A stretch of DNA of 64,000 bases from an uncultured Phycisphaerales bacterium (GCA_963844715.1 CAWJPJ010000007.1:256001-320000), one strand, 5' to 3'; positions 21,992 to 33,790 are shown, counted from the stretch's first letter. Numbers and translations are program-made. Notes: generated from the sequence alone by a model not told the origin.

Positions 21992-22714
21992 CTAAACGGT
22001 TGTGTTTTTTTCCATTTCGGGAAGATCCAGCAAAATGACTTCGGCGGGGTCCTTGGCGGCAAAATCCAATCGTGGTTCTTCGGACATTCGGGCCTGATCT
22101 CCTTCCGCGAGGTTCTCGCCGTTCAAAATCACGCTCCCAGTGATGATAAAGACATACGCCTTTCGCCCGGAACGAATGGCATGGGATGCGCGAAACCCTT
22201 CTGGCAGCGACGAAAGATAGATCTGTGCGTCCTGGTCGATCCGCAACGTATCCGGCGAATCCCCTCCGCTGACCACTGCCATCATCTTCCCGACGCGATC
22301 GCCGCGCCGAAAATGCTTTTGCTCCCAGCGCGGGGCGTTCCCTTTGGTTCTGGGCACGATCCACAATTGCAAAAGATGCAGCGGCTCGCGCAAGGACGGA
22401 TTTTGCTCGGAATGGTAAATGCCCTTGCCAGCGGACATCACCTGAACTTCGCCCGGCTTGATGACGCCTCGATTGCCAATGTTGTCGCGATGCTCCAGTT
22501 CGCCGGTAAGGACGATGGTGACGATCTCCATGTCCTGATGGGGATGAAAATCGAATCCGCCGCCGGCTTTGATGATGTCGTCGTTGAAAACCCGCAGCGG
22601 GCCCCAGTTCAGATTATTCGGGTCGTAATAGTCGCCGAAGGAAAAATGCCAGTGGGTTTCGAGCCAGCCGAAGTCGGCGTGATGTCGTTCTTTGGATCGG
22701 ATGATGCGGATCAT
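21992..22714 (-). CDS. Pirin-family protein (YhhW-like)
   Basis: FSFGDYYDP, LRVFNDD, HPHQDMEI, HRD..GN, QVMSAGKGI.HSE, LQLWI. Confidence 0.92.
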   Translation of the reverse strand: MIRIIRSKERHHADFGWLETHWHFSFGDYYDPNNLNWGPLRVFNDDIIKAGGGFDFHPHQDMEIVTIVLTGELEHRDNIGNRGVIKPGEVQVMSAGKGIYHSEQNPSLREPLHLLQLWIVPRTKGNAPRWEQKHFRRGDRVGKMMAVVSGGDSPDTLRIDQDAQIYLSSLPEGFRASHAIRSGRKAYVFIITGSVILNGENLAEGDQARMSEEPRLDFAAKDPAEVILLDLPEMEKNTTV

Positions 22715-22743
22715 AAGAACCTCTGAATTCATCCGTCCCAAGA

Positions 22744-23223
22744 TCACCCATGAACATCTTCAGGCTCGCGCGCGAGTTCAAGCAAGTTCAAAAACTGTTG
22801 CAATTTATCGGGGCCAAGATGGCCCAATTGCCGCCGGTGCATTTCCTTGATCGGGACGTCGAGGCCCGTCAGGAGGGACAGTCCCTGCTCGGTGATGAAG
22901 ACTTTGACGACGCGTCGATCATCGTGCTGCCGTTCCCGGGTCACCAGGCCGCGTTTTTCCAAGCGGTCGAGAAGCCGGGTCAGGTCCGGGTCGCGGGTAA
23001 TCATACGATTTGCGATCTCCTGGCAGGAGATTCCGGGCTTTCCCACGCCGCGCAGGATTCGCAGGACGTTGTATTGTGCCGCGGAAAGTCCCGCCGGCTT
23101 GAGAGCCGCGGCCCCACATCGCGCCAGCCAGTCCGCGGTCCGCATGCAATTGAGGAAGACCTCCTGCTCGAGAGACTCGAACGGACCCGTCTTTCCGATC
23201 TCGCGGCCTAACTTACTGACCAT
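22744..23223 (-). CDS. MarR-family transcriptional regulator
   Basis: QYNVLRILRG, PDLTRLLDRLEKRGLV.R, DRRVV..ITEQG. Confidence 0.92.
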   Translation of the reverse strand: MVSKLGREIGKTGPFESLEQEVFLNCMRTADWLARCGAAALKPAGLSAAQYNVLRILRGVGKPGISCQEIANRMITRDPDLTRLLDRLEKRGLVTRERQHDDRRVVKVFITEQGLSLLTGLDVPIKEMHRRQLGHLGPDKLQQFLNLLELAREPEDVHG

Positions 23224-23232
23224 GAATCCTAT

Positions 23233-23252
23233 ATACTTGTTATAACAAATAT
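23233..23252. promoter_or_regulatory. Palindromic operator, likely MarR autoregulatory site
   Basis: ATAcTTGTTATAACAAaTAT: perfect 12-bp palindrome extended to 20 bp with one mismatched pair, ~10 nt upstream of the marR start. Confidence 0.65.
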
Positions 23253-23412
23253 CGTCAAGACAATTTTATTTCCGCGTTTTCAGCCTTGCATTAGACCTGT
23301 CCGATAGCCATTTCGCTTGCCCCTGCTATTCAAAGTACCCAATTTAACAAAGTTGCCCCCTTATCTGGCCGATTCAATCTGAGCCAACTTAACAATTCTT
23401 AGGAGCGCGGCC

Positions 23413-23865
23413 ATGATGCGATTGTCCAGAAGTTCGAGCAGCGGTTCGAAGGAGAAAAAGAGTTCAGGCAGCGAACGGCGGATTCATCACCGCCATGACC
23501 TGGAAACTCAGGAAATCTTCGTGGACCGCTACGACGGGGGACGCCGCAACGGGCACAAGCTCGGCAAAATTGTGGACCTCTCCGCGGGCGGCGTTCGAAT
23601 CCGCACCTGCGAAGGGGAAATCAGACCCGATCATCAGATCCGCGTCCGTCTCGAACTCCCCAGCTATGCGGGGATTTGCCCCTTCATCTCCAACGACGGC
23701 TCCCACCTCGAACCCAAGAACGAATGGGTCGGCTGGATGACCGTCAGTCGCGTCAGCCGCCTTGGCACCGAGCAATTCGAAGTCGCCGGACGTCTGGTCG
23801 ACATGGACGAGGTCGATCGCGGCATGCTCGGGCTCTATCTCTCCACGCAGCCCATGGCTGCCTAA
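23413..23865 (+). CDS. PilZ-domain protein
   Basis: ERRIHHR (RxxxR) and DLSAGG (DxSxxG) c-di-GMP-binding motifs; AGGAG RBS. Confidence 0.75.
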   Translation: MMRLSRSSSSGSKEKKSSGSERRIHHRHDLETQEIFVDRYDGGRRNGHKLGKIVDLSAGGVRIRTCEGEIRPDHQIRVRLELPSYAGICPFISNDGSHLEPKNEWVGWMTVSRVSRLGTEQFEVAGRLVDMDEVDRGMLGLYLSTQPMAA

Positions 23866-23904
23866 TCAGAGCCAATTCAATTTACCTAGTCGGCCCCTGG
23901 GTTC

Positions 23905-24672
23905 TTAACCTTTCCGACTCAGGGGCCGATTCTTTTGTTTCGATCCCCGCGCATGAAATTCCAGCGCGTCGCGGATGTGAAGATCCCAGTAATCCCAATT
24001 GTGCCCGCCGGGAAACTCGCGGTATTCGTGCTGAATGCCGGCCTTCTCCAGCACCGCATGGTAATCCCGATTGTCCTGCAAGAGATGATCCTCCACGCCG
24101 CAGTCGATCAAGATTCGCGGTAATTTCCCCGCCGCTTTGGCCCGTTTGGCAACGCGGATCAAATCATGATCCGTTCCGCGCGGATGCGCCGAGAAAATCT
24201 TCGACATCCTGGGAAACCGCGTCGGCGGCCGATCCCGGCTCCCGGCCATCAATCCGCCGCTGTGACTATTCACCGATGCGAACTTCCCCGCATAGCCCAG
24301 CGCAACCCTCAGCGCCCCGTAGCCCCCCATCGACTGCCCGCCGATGAATCGGGCCGACGCCCTGGGGATCGCCGGGAAATTCCTCTCGGTCATCTCGACC
24401 AATTCCTCGCCAATATATTTTGCGTAAGCCGGCCCGTTGTGGTTGTTGGTGTAATACCCCAGAAACCCATCTGGCATGACGATCATGAACGGATACGTCC
24501 TGGCGTACCATTCCACCCGCGTATTTCGCAGCCAGGTTGTAAAATCGTCCGTGCGCCCGTGCAAAAGGTAATACGTCGCAAACGGTGGCTTGCCGCCGTC
24601 CGGCAGAATCACCATCGTCCCGACATGCTGCTCCAAAACCTGGCTAAACCAGCGAATCTCGCACAGGGCCAT
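23905..24672 (-). CDS. Esterase, alpha/beta hydrolase (FrmB/tributyrin esterase-like)
   Basis: YLLHG, GQSMGGYGA nucleophile motif, DCGVED, GGHNWDYW. Confidence 0.88.
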   Translation of the reverse strand: MALCEIRWFSQVLEQHVGTMVILPDGGKPPFATYYLLHGRTDDFTTWLRNTRVEWYARTYPFMIVMPDGFLGYYTNNHNGPAYAKYIGEELVEMTERNFPAIPRASARFIGGQSMGGYGALRVALGYAGKFASVNSHSGGLMAGSRDRPPTRFPRMSKIFSAHPRGTDHDLIRVAKRAKAAGKLPRILIDCGVEDHLLQDNRDYHAVLEKAGIQHEYREFPGGHNWDYWDLHIRDALEFHARGSKQKNRPLSRKG

Positions 24673-24707
24673 GAACCGCGATCCTTCCTGACGTAGAATT
24701 CGCCAGT

Positions 24708-26380
24708 ATGCGGATCGGCATGGCGCAGATCAATCCGACGGTGGGCGACATCCCGGCCAACAGCCGCAAAATTCTCGCGTTCATCGACCGCGCCAAGTCT
24801 GCCGGGGCGTCGATGGTCATCTTTCCGGAGCTTTCAATCGTCGGCTATCCGCCCAAAGACCTGCTCCTGAAGCCCCAGTTTATCGACGATAACCTCGCGG
24901 CCCTTCGGCGCATTGCCTCCGAAATCCGCGGGATCGACGCCGTCGTCGGATTCGCCCAGCGCAATGCCGACCCCGTCGGCCGCCCGCTGCGTAACGCCGT
25001 GGCCCTGCTTCGCGACGGCAAGATCGTCGCCGAGCACTTTAAAACGCTCCTGCCCACTTACGACGTTTTCGACGAAAGCCGTTATTTCGAGCCGGGCCCG
25101 GCCGAGGCGCGATCCAATCTCGTCCGCATCGGAGACCAGGCCGTCGGCCTCTCCATCTGCGAGGATTTGTGGAACGACGAAAAGATGGTTCCGCGCCGGC
25201 TCTATCACGACAACCCGATCGCTGATCTCCATCATGCCGGGCGCAGATCGTCATCAACGCCAGTGCCAGCCCCTTCGTCGCGGGCAAACACGATTTCCGG
25301 CTCGAGCTGTTCTCCTCGCAAGCCAGGCAGTTCTCTCATCCGCTGATCTACGTCAATCAAGTCGGCGGGAACGACGAATTGATCTTCGACGGGAACAGCA
25401 TTGCCTTCGACGCCTCCGGCCGGGTTATCGCCCAGGCGAAGGATTTCGAGGAGGACCTGGTCATCGTCGATCTGGCCGCCGGCAAATCCGACTCGGCGCC
25501 GCAGACGCCCTCGCGCGGAATCGAATCGATCTACAAGGGGCTGATCCTCGGCCTGCGCGATTACGTTCACAAATGCGGCTTCTCCAGCGTGGTTCTGGGC
25601 CTATCCGGCGGGATCGATTCGGCTCTCACCGCGGCGATCGCCGTGGAGGCCTTGGGCAAGGACAAAGTGGTCGGCGTCGCGATGCCCAGCCGGTTCAGTT
25701 CCGAGCATTCAGTCGCCGATGCCGCAAAGCTGGCCGAGAACCTCGGCATTCAATTCCATCTGCTGGCGATCAACGCGGTGCACGAGGCGTACGAACAGAC
25801 GCTCGCCGGTCTTTTCGCCACGTCACCTCTCGACATCACCGAAGAAAATCTTCAGGCCCGTGTTCGCGGCGCGCTGCTCATGGCGCTGAGCAACAAATTC
25901 GGGTATCTCCTTCTGACTACGGGCAACAAAAGCGAATTGGCTGTCGGATACTGCACGCTCTACGGCGACATGTGCGGCGGCCTTGCCGTCATCAGCGACG
26001 TCCCCAAGACGATGGTCTGGGACATGGCCCGTTGGCTGAATAAATCCGCCGGCCGCGAACTCATCCCGCAAAACAGCATCGACAAAATCCCCAGTGCCGA
26101 GCTACGCCCAAATCAAACCGATCAGGATTCACTCCCCCCCTACCCGCTGCTCGACGCGATTTTGTACCGGTACATCGAGGAAGAAAAATCGGCGTCGGAG
26201 ATCGTCTCCGAAGGTTACGACCAGCAAACCGTTTTAAAAATCGTCAAGCTGGTGGATCGAAGTGAATACAAGCGCCGCCAGATGGCGCCGGGGCTTAAGG
26301 TCACCAGCCGCGCCTTCGGTTTCGGGCGGCGCATGCCGATCGCGCAGAACTACCAGCAAAGTTTGCCGAAGAAGAATTGA
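24708..26380 (+). CDS. nadE: Glutamine-dependent NAD+ synthetase; frameshift near 25240
   Basis: Nitrilase domain FPEL..GYPPKDLL, LPTYDVFDE.RYF, ICEDLW; synthetase domain GLSGGIDS, ENLQAR.RG, TTGNKSE, PSAEL..Q.D, SEYKRRQ. Confidence 0.93.
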
Positions 26381-26400
26381 GGCATGTCGCGAGCCGCGCG

Positions 26401-27442
26401 TTATTGAGGCGGCGTATCCGTCGGCGGGGGTTTCAGTTGCAGGATCGCCGTGGCGGCGCAGACCCTTACATACGTCTCGGGGTCCTTCAGCAGCGGCGCT
26501 AGATAGGGTTGTAAATCGCTTCGTCCGATTGCCCCCATCGCCAGGGCCGCCATACCGCGCTGCCGGGGATCGCTGCTCCGGGCTTTTGGCACGGCAATGG
26601 ACCAACCTTCGTCGGAATTGAGCATTCCCGCCGCACGTGCCGCGGCAAGACACACTTCCGGATAATCGCTGGTGAGCTGCCCCTCGATGTGCCCCAGGAC
26701 CTGCGGATCGCCGGGCTCGGCTAGTGCTATCAGGGCGATGATTTGATCGTCAGGATGTTCGCTGACCGTCGCCGCAACCAGGTCCTTCAGGCCGTCCTCA
26801 TTTCCATAGCGCCACAGGGCCTCGTCCACCTGGAGGCGCACGCTGGTGACGTGGTCGAAGAGCATCGGCGCGAGCACGTTCTGCCGCGCTCGGCTCGTGC
26901 AGAATCCCCAGGACCTGGGCGGTGCTGGCGCGGACGCGCGGATCGGGATTGGCGGCGAGTTTCTCCAGCTCGTGACTGAATCGCGTGTCGCCGAGGCGAT
27001 GCAAGGCAAATCGAATCGCGGCGCGGACGCGCAGATCGGGGTCTTCGACCATCGCCAGGAGCGGACGGTAAGCGAGGCGGATTTGCAAACGCCCCGCCGC
27101 CACCGCCGCGGCGAATCGCACGTTCGCCTCCGGATCGCTCAGGGCATCAAGCACCGGCCGCTGCGCCGCATCCGGGGCCACTTCCGAGAGCGCTTCCAGA
27201 GCGTTGCTGCGCAGGAACGGATCGGTGGAAACGCAGTCGTTGTTCAATTCATCCAACGCCGCCTGCCTCAGCGCCGGATCCAATGGCGTAGGCTTATAGT
27301 CCGGCGGCGCCGCGGGCTCCAGCGGCTCAGGAATATCCTGGCCGACACGGGCAGAGGATGCGGCTCCGCTCTTACAACCGCCAAGCGCCAGGGAAAAACC
27401 TAAGATCAGAGCCCATGCGATGGTCTTGTTGGATCTCATCAT
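26401..27442 (-). CDS. HEAT-repeat lipoprotein; frameshift near 26885
   Basis: LALGGC lipobox; repeated L.D....VR..AA..L units. Confidence 0.8.
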
Positions 27443-29071
27443 GTCGAGATACTCGTCTTGTTCCTTCGCAGCCATGCCGCCACGCCGATTCCGACCGACA
27501 ACAGGAGGCACGCATCCGCAAAGATATCCCCAACCTGGGTGTAAACGGACAGACGCCTGTCCAACATCAACTCTCCCACGCTGTTCCCCTCGGTCCGAAC
27601 GGGTAAAAGATGGCTTGTCCGCCCGACGGAGTCAATAAACCCGCTGATTCCCGTGTTGACGCTCCTGGCCGTCGGGACCCGGTTCTCGATGCTCCGGAAA
27701 ATCGCCGCCTGCAAATGATCGGCGTTCTCATTGGCCAGAAACCAGCCGTCATTGGTGATATTAACCAGAAAATCGGCACGTTTTTGGCCCGTTCCCGGCG
27801 CCGGGCGGATCATCGCGGCGCACAGGTCCGGATCAAGGTCCTCGAAGCAAATTGGCGCCGTGAAACGATAGGTCTGGCCCTGCGGCCCGGAGAGGTTGAA
27901 GACCGTCAGTGCGTCCGGAGCTGCCGGCCTGAAGCTCATAATCCGAATAATAAGCGGGCCCGAACGATAACAAAATCCGGTAGAGGAACGGCAGGCTCTT
28001 TTTGAACGGAATATATTCACCGAAAGGGACCAGATGAATTTTGTCATATCGTTTCGGGTCCAAATTTCCCAAAGCATCGAAGAAGAACGCGCTGTTTCGG
28101 GAATCCAGAGCCACGCGATAGTCCTGTCCCTCGCGAACTTGGTCGACGAAATTCGTTTCGTATTCGGCGCCGATCAGCATGGCGACGTGATTCTTCGCGG
28201 CCGTAGTGCTCAGAATCTCGTAGACCTCCTCAAACGTTGGATTTTCCCCGCGCGCCTCGACGTTCAGCGGGGGCATCATCGTCTCGGACCAAACCACCAT
28301 CTCCACGCGTCTGCCCGCTGCCGCGATGGCGTCCCGCGTCCGCTGCAGATGAAAATCAAGCCGCTCCTGTAGGCTTGCGCCCTTCTGCCCGGAATTGCTT
28401 TGAGGATAATTCGGCTGAATGACGGCGATGACCGGCCCCTTGTCCAGCATTCCGGGCGTCTGCTCGATCCGCCAGACGCCGTACGCCAGATAAAACGCCG
28501 TTACGGCGGCGACGAGCGCGATCGGCTTAAAAATCGCCCCGCGCCGCAGGCACGCCATTGCCGCGGCGGCATTCACCATGGCCACCCAAAACGTGACGGC
28601 AAAACCGCCGCCCCAGTCGGCGACCTGACACATCGCCAGAATCGGCGACTGCGAATATCCCAGATACAGCAAAGGCATCCCGGTAATCACATGCCCCCGC
28701 AGCCACTCGGATCCCGTCCAGGCGGCGGCGATTCCGATGACCCCGAAAACGCCCGCATCCAAGAGACCTGCCCCCCGGATCAAGAATGCCGGCCACGCCC
28801 AATAGAGCCCGCAATAGATCGTTAGCCCGATCATCCCCGGCCCTGAAACGCCTGCCATCCACCACATGTTGGCGACGAAAAACAGCGTTCCGGCAAGCCA
28901 ACTCCATAAAAACACCGATTTCGCGCTCCTGCATTCCCAGACCAGCACAAGCCAGGGAACCAGCCCGAACCACGCCAGGAAAAAAAGCCCGTATGGTGCA
29001 AACGAAAAGGACAGCAAAACGACGCTGAGAACGGAGAGAAAGATCGGCCGAAGAAAGCGGCGCGGCGACAT
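27439..29071 (-). CDS. lnt: Apolipoprotein N-acyltransferase; frameshift near 27920
   Basis: EWLRG, LGYSQ, WSET, YDKIHLVPFGEY.P, ICFED, NITNDGWF, RSIENR...RSVNTGIS. Confidence 0.92.
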
Positions 29072-29138
29072 GAGTGATTTCAATCGTCGAAGTAAACCGA
29101 TCAACCGTCAAGCGCCGGGCTACAATCCCCCGGCGGGT

Positions 29139-30025
29139 ATGGAAGAACCGGGAACCCAAAAATGCAAGTCCCTGCGCGGGCGATGGTGGTTCCGCCTCGT
29201 CCGCAGTTTGGCCTTTATTTATATTGGCGTCTGCATGACCCTCTTTTTCATGCAATCCTATTTGATCTTCCCCGGCGCAACGACACAGGGAACCGCCGAC
29301 GCGCGAATTGCCGCGGGAAAGGATTACGAGCTTCTCTCGCTACAAGCGAGCGACGGCAAGAAAATTGCCGCCGTTTTCGGCGTGGCCATGGGTGCGCCCG
29401 GCGCGACGCGCCGGACGCCGGCCAGCGGACAACCATCATCTACTTCTACGGCAACGGCGCCTGCATGGCGTATAGCATGGATGTCTTCGAGGAATTGCGC
29501 GCGCGGGGATTTAATGTCATCATTCCGGATTATGAAGGGTACGGCATGAGCGAAGGAAAGCCGAGCGAATCCGGCTGCTATGCCGCCGCCGATGCGGTGT
29601 ACGACTATCTCCTCACGCGTCCCGATGTGCGGAGTGACAAAATCGCCGTATTGGGTTGGTCCCTGGGCGGCGCTGTGGCGATCGATCTGGCGAATCGAAG
29701 ACCCGTCATCGGAGTCGCGACGCTCAGCGCATTCACGAGCATGAAAGACATGGCCCACAACCTGATCCCGTGGCTGCCGACGTCCCTACTTCTGCGCCAC
29801 CACTTCGACAATCTGGCGAAAATCCCCAATCTGCATTGCCTCCTGTTCATCGGCCACGGCACGCGCGACAGCATCGTCCCGCCGAAAATGGCGAACCGAC
29901 TCGCCGCCGCCGCGACCGCCCCGGTCACCCTCGTCCACGTCCAAAACGCCGATCACAACGATATCTTCGAAACCGGCGGCCAGCCGCTCTTCGATCAAAT
30001 TCAGCAATTTTTCGACGGGCTGTGA
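29139..30025 (+). CDS. Membrane-anchored alpha/beta hydrolase (ABHD/YfhR-like); frameshift near 29410
   Basis: N-terminal TM plus Q..LIFPG; YFYGNG, DYEGYG.S.G.PSE, GWSLGG, HGTRD, HND. Confidence 0.82.
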
Positions 30026-30027
30026 TG

Positions 30028-31542
30028 TTACTGCGGAACGACGGTCAGCGATTTTCGCAATTCAGCCTTCTTCTCTTTTAGCAGCGCGTGTTCCGGCGAA
30101 TTCTTGTAGTAATCGTCCAGCGGATAGCAGCCGCTGATCAGTCCGTTTCGAGGCCCGGTCGTGCAATCGCTGAATGTGCGGCACAGCCGCTTGGTCTGGA
30201 AAGTCGATCCGGCAAGCGTGTCGGCGGGAAGATCCCAATACGCCAGGACCATGCGCCCGATGCCTACAAAGTCCGTCCAGCCGGCGCGAATGACCGCCTG
30301 CGCGACGTGAGGCAAATACTCCTGAAGATACGAATACCCGCTGCCGACGAATACCGCTCCCGGGCACGCGCTTTTTAGTTTCTTCACGACGCCGATCTGC
30401 CTGGCGACGCCGATCAGCGGGTCCTCCGGAGGCTGATATCCATCGCTCGGAGGAAACGCCGCCGGACGAACGAAGTGTGGATTGTAATAAGGGGAGCAGC
30501 AACTGATATTGAACAGCCGCACGCCGACGTTCGTCATCATGCGAACGAATTCGATCGGCTCGGCGAGATCGATCTCCAGAGGATTGTCGCGATTGCACCC
30601 AAACCCCCACCGCCAGGGAAGATGTTTGGAGAAATCTTCCGGAACTCCCGGCCCGAGTTTTCCGGCGCCGCCGCGGCTCGGATCGGGCTTGAACGCCGGA
30701 TGATCGAAGGCGCTCAAGCGCAGTCCGATCTGCAATCCCGGGCATTTGGCTCGGATTCCCTGCACGATCTCGCGAGCGAATCGGCCGCGGTTTTCCAGGC
30801 TCCCGCCGAACGGTCCCGGCCGCGTGTGGGCGCTGAGCAACTCGTGACCCAGATACCCGTGGCAATGCTTCAGATCGACGAAATCGAACCCCGCGCGCTG
30901 CGCCATCGCCGCGGCTCGAATGAATTGCTCGATCAGCCGCCTCAAGTAATCGTCGGTGACGATCACGGAATCGTCGGCAGGCGAAATCCCAAATTTCGCG
31001 TCGAGAATCGGGTGATGGTAGGCGATCTTCGGCTCAAGCCTCTGCTTGTCGTAAGGGCGGCAAAATCGCCCGCTGTGCGTGAGCTGAAGCCCGACGAGGA
31101 GATCGTCCGTGGTTCCAAACTTTTCGCGATGAGCGCTGCGAAGGGTTTGGAGCAACTGCCCGACGCCCTGCTGAGCCCGGCTTTCGTTGTTGTCCACGAT
31201 GGCAAGCTGATTTGGGTTGGCCCGCCCGTCGGATTGCACGGCGAACGCTTCGCCGCCCCAGACCATCTTGCATCCGGAAAGACCGAAGTGTTTCCATCGC
31301 CGCAGCGTATGTTCGCTGGGAAGGCCTTCGGCGGTGCCGTCCCAGCCTTCCATCGGCTGGACGGACCAGCGATTGCCGATCGTTACGCCGCCGACGTCGA
31401 TTTTCTGTGTGAGGGGCGACCCCTGGGTTGCAGACAGTACGGCCGGGTCACGCGGCACATTGGGCCCACACCGCGCCAAATGTTCGGCAAACCCACCCGC
31501 GTCCTTGAACTGCCCTATCTTCCGGAAACTCTCCTCTGCCAT
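30028..31542 (-). CDS. NADH:flavin oxidoreductase (Old Yellow Enzyme family)
   Basis: [36 protein letters not shown]. Confidence 0.88.
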   Translation of the reverse strand: MAEESFRKIGQFKDAGGFAEHLARCGPNVPRDPAVLSATQGSPLTQKIDVGGVTIGNRWSVQPMEGWDGTAEGLPSEHTLRRWKHFGLSGCKMVWGGEAFAVQSDGRANPNQLAIVDNNESRAQQGVGQLLQTLRSAHREKFGTTDDLLVGLQLTHSGRFCRPYDKQRLEPKIAYHHPILDAKFGISPADDSVIVTDDYLRRLIEQFIRAAAMAQRAGFDFVDLKHCHGYLGHELLSAHTRPGPFGGSLENRGRFAREIVQGIRAKCPGLQIGLRLSAFDHPAFKPDPSRGGAGKLGPGVPEDFSKHLPWRWGFGCNRDNPLEIDLAEPIEFVRMMTNVGVRLFNISCCSPYYNPHFVRPAAFPPSDGYQPPEDPLIGVARQIGVVKKLKSACPGAVFVGSGYSYLQEYLPHVAQAVIRAGWTDFVGIGRMVLAYWDLPADTLAGSTFQTKRLCRTFSDCTTGPRNGLISGCYPLDDYYKNSPEHALLKEKKAELRKSLTVVPQ

Positions 31543-31834
31543 CGTGGGCCATATGGGACAGGAAGATTGAAGAAAACACAAGCGGATGCGCCGATGGTTT
31601 CAAGTTTTGGGGAAAACCTGTCGTCAAAGGCAAAAAATCCACGGAAAAACCGGGCTATTTTGTGCCAAGGTCATTGAATTTGCCCGAAAATCCGCTATTT
31701 TCTCGTGTCGATTCGCCGGCAACGGATGCCGGACGATCGCGGGAGCGGCTCGAGTGCAGGGCAACCCCTCCTGTGCGGCTCATTTATGCGGGGCTGCGAT
31801 TCGACTGCACATTTTGGAAAGGAGATACAACTCA

Positions 31835-32143
31835 ATGGCTACAGGCGGTAAATCTCTCACGAAGTCGGAAATTGCCAGTCACTTGGCAGAAAAGGTCGGC
31901 GTCAGCAAGAAGCAGGTCACGCTGCTTCTGCAAGCGCAGGCGGAATTGGCTTACAAGCAGGCGAAGAACGTCTTCACGATTCCGGGCATCGGCAAGCTCA
32001 AACTCGTCGATCGTCCGGCTCGGAAAATGATCATGCGCTTCGGACCCAACACGGGACAGGAATTGATGATCCCCAAGAGCAAGAAGGTCCGGTTCTCGAT
32101 CTCCAAGGCCGCCAAAGACGCTATCCTCGGCGCCAAGAAATAA
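31835..32143 (+). CDS. HU-family DNA-binding protein
   Basis: AAGGAG RBS; LTKSEIA..LAE, FTIPGIGKL....RPAR, TGQE..IP...V.F...KA.KD. Confidence 0.9.
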   Translation: MATGGKSLTKSEIASHLAEKVGVSKKQVTLLLQAQAELAYKQAKNVFTIPGIGKLKLVDRPARKMIMRFGPNTGQELMIPKSKKVRFSISKAAKDAILGAKK

Positions 32144-32181
32144 CCGGCTCATCGGGTAACCAACTATCCCAAAAACTTTTC

Positions 32182-32217
32182 AAGCCGCCGGCGTCCAAAA
32201 CGCCGGCGGCTTTTTTT
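32182..32217 (+). terminator. Rho-independent terminator after HU gene
   Basis: AAGCCGCCGGCGT-ccaa-AACGCCGGCGGCTT hairpin followed by a T-tract. Confidence 0.85.
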
Positions 32218-32243
32218 ATTTCGTGCCCAGGAATTCCGCGCAT

Positions 32244-32272
32244 AAAAAAACGCCCGGCCCTCCGCCGGGCGT
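32244..32272 (-). terminator. Rho-independent terminator after rpsR
   Basis: ACGCCCGGC-loop-GCCGGGCGT hairpin preceded by A7 on the plus strand. Confidence 0.8.
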
Positions 32273-32287
32273 CGATTACGACAATGC

Positions 32288-32578
32288 CTAACTCATTGCG
32301 CTGACGTACGGCAGCAGGCTCATGTACCGGGCCCGCTTGACCGCGCGGGCGATCATACGCTGCTCCATCGCGTTGGCGCCGCTGCGCTTGCGCGACTGAA
32401 TCTTCCCGTTCCCGCTGACCATCTTCCGCAGCGACTCGGTATCCTTGTAGTCGATATAGACTTTACCCGACGCGCTGGTGCGCGCGATCTTCAGTTTCGG
32501 GCGGTTGAAAGTATGGAATTTCTCCTGCTTCTCACGCCGTTCACGGCCACCACCACGCTCACGATCTGGACCAGCCAT
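32288..32578 (-). CDS. rpsR: 30S ribosomal protein S18
   Basis: IDYKD...L......GKI..R.RSG.....QR..A.AVKRAR...LLPY; AGGAG RBS. Confidence 0.95.
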   Translation of the reverse strand: MAGPDRERGGGRERREKQEKFHTFNRPKLKIARTSASGKVYIDYKDTESLRKMVSGNGKIQSRKRSGANAMEQRMIARAVKRARYMSLLPYVSAMS

Positions 32579-32680
32579 TGAAAATTCTCCTGACGAATTA
32601 GGGGCCGGGCATTCTACTCAAGCCCTGCGGATTCGCAAGTGTGAGATGATGCGGATCGGGTTGATATCCGCCCACTTATT

Positions 32681-32720
32681 CCCCTCCCCCCGTAATCCGG
32701 GGGAGGGCCAGGGCGGGGGC
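32681..32720. repeat. REP-like GC-rich palindromic element
   Basis: CCCTCCCCC-cgtaatcc-GGGGGAGGG-ccAGGGCGGGGG, resembling the widespread CCCTC(T/C)CC...GG(G/A)GAGGG..AGGG extragenic repeat. Confidence 0.55.
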
Positions 32721-32782
32721 GCGATTCACATACCATCCAAATGATCGCTGGAAAGGGGCGATTGTCGCAATTCTGGCGGCAT

Positions 32783-33636
32783 TTAGCCGGCCAGCAGCTT
32801 GGATTCGGGATGTTGACGGGGCTCGACTTTGGCATGAGCCGTGGATTTGTTTTTCGCCACGCCTCCCCCGCTCCGCGCAGCAGGTTTTCGGCGGTGGGAT
32901 TCACCAGCTCCGACAAGGCGCAGATTCCGACGATCAAGCCCGGCCGCGAACCGAGTTTGTGCGAGCCGGCCATCGAACGAAGGAGCGATCCGAGCCGCGT
33001 CGCCACCGCTTCCGATGCCGTGTTCGTGCATCCCGGGAAGACGAGCACGAACTCGTCTTCTCCGTAGCGGAATGCGGCGTCGTTTCCGCGCAGCGTGCTG
33101 CGGACAATCTGCCCGAAGGTTTTGAGCATGTCGTCGCCGGCGGCCATGCCGTGCGTGTCGGTCAACTGCTTGAAATTTTCGACGTCGATGACCAGCAGCG
33201 AAAGGGGCGCATTGTCCGCCAGGCATTGTCGCACCAGTTGCGGCAAGAGCTGATCGAGCATGCGGCGGTTGAAGAGTCCAGTGAGAGCATCACGGGTTGC
33301 CTGCTGCCGCAGCGATTCCACCAGACGCTGCAAAGCGCTGGTTCGATTCTCGATCCGCTGGTTGATTTCCTGATTCAGGGATGCGATCGACTGCTTCTGC
33401 TGGCGTAGCTCGTGAAGAAGGCTTTTGACTTCCTCGGCGATCGGGCCAACCGATCGCGGCGCCGCCGACAGTTCCTCGATCGGGGCTTTCCCGGCGTGAA
33501 CCTGCCCGATCAACTTCGCGAAATCTTGCAGTGAATCGTCGATCCGCGCGACGCGGCACCAGAAGTACCAGACGATCGCCCCTAAGGAAACCACCAAACC
33601 CGCCGCATAAACCGCTACTAGCCCCAGACTCGGCAT
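32783..33636 (-). CDS. Membrane-anchored GGDEF-domain protein with degenerate active site; probable frameshift near 32860
   Basis: TM, coiled coil, A.RDALTGLFNRR, DVENFK..TDTHGMAAGD, FRYGEDEF; the corrected C-terminus ends at 32783. Confidence 0.8.
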
Positions 33637-33790
33637 ACGTCACTTACTCCGCGAATTTTCATCGGCTGGCGCGCCCACTCCCAGCAGCGATAGTGAGTCC
33701 GATTACTCGAACCGACGGAATATCTGGCATGAATTAACGGAGCAGTCGCTACAGCCGATATATCCAGTGCCGTATTACATATAAGCCAAC

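Noticed and set aside
30475..31677. Long antisense/alternate-frame ORFs (also 486..1286, 14566..15747, 54130..55014 and others)
   Set aside because: They are shadows of well-supported genes in GC-rich DNA and carry no recognisable motifs.
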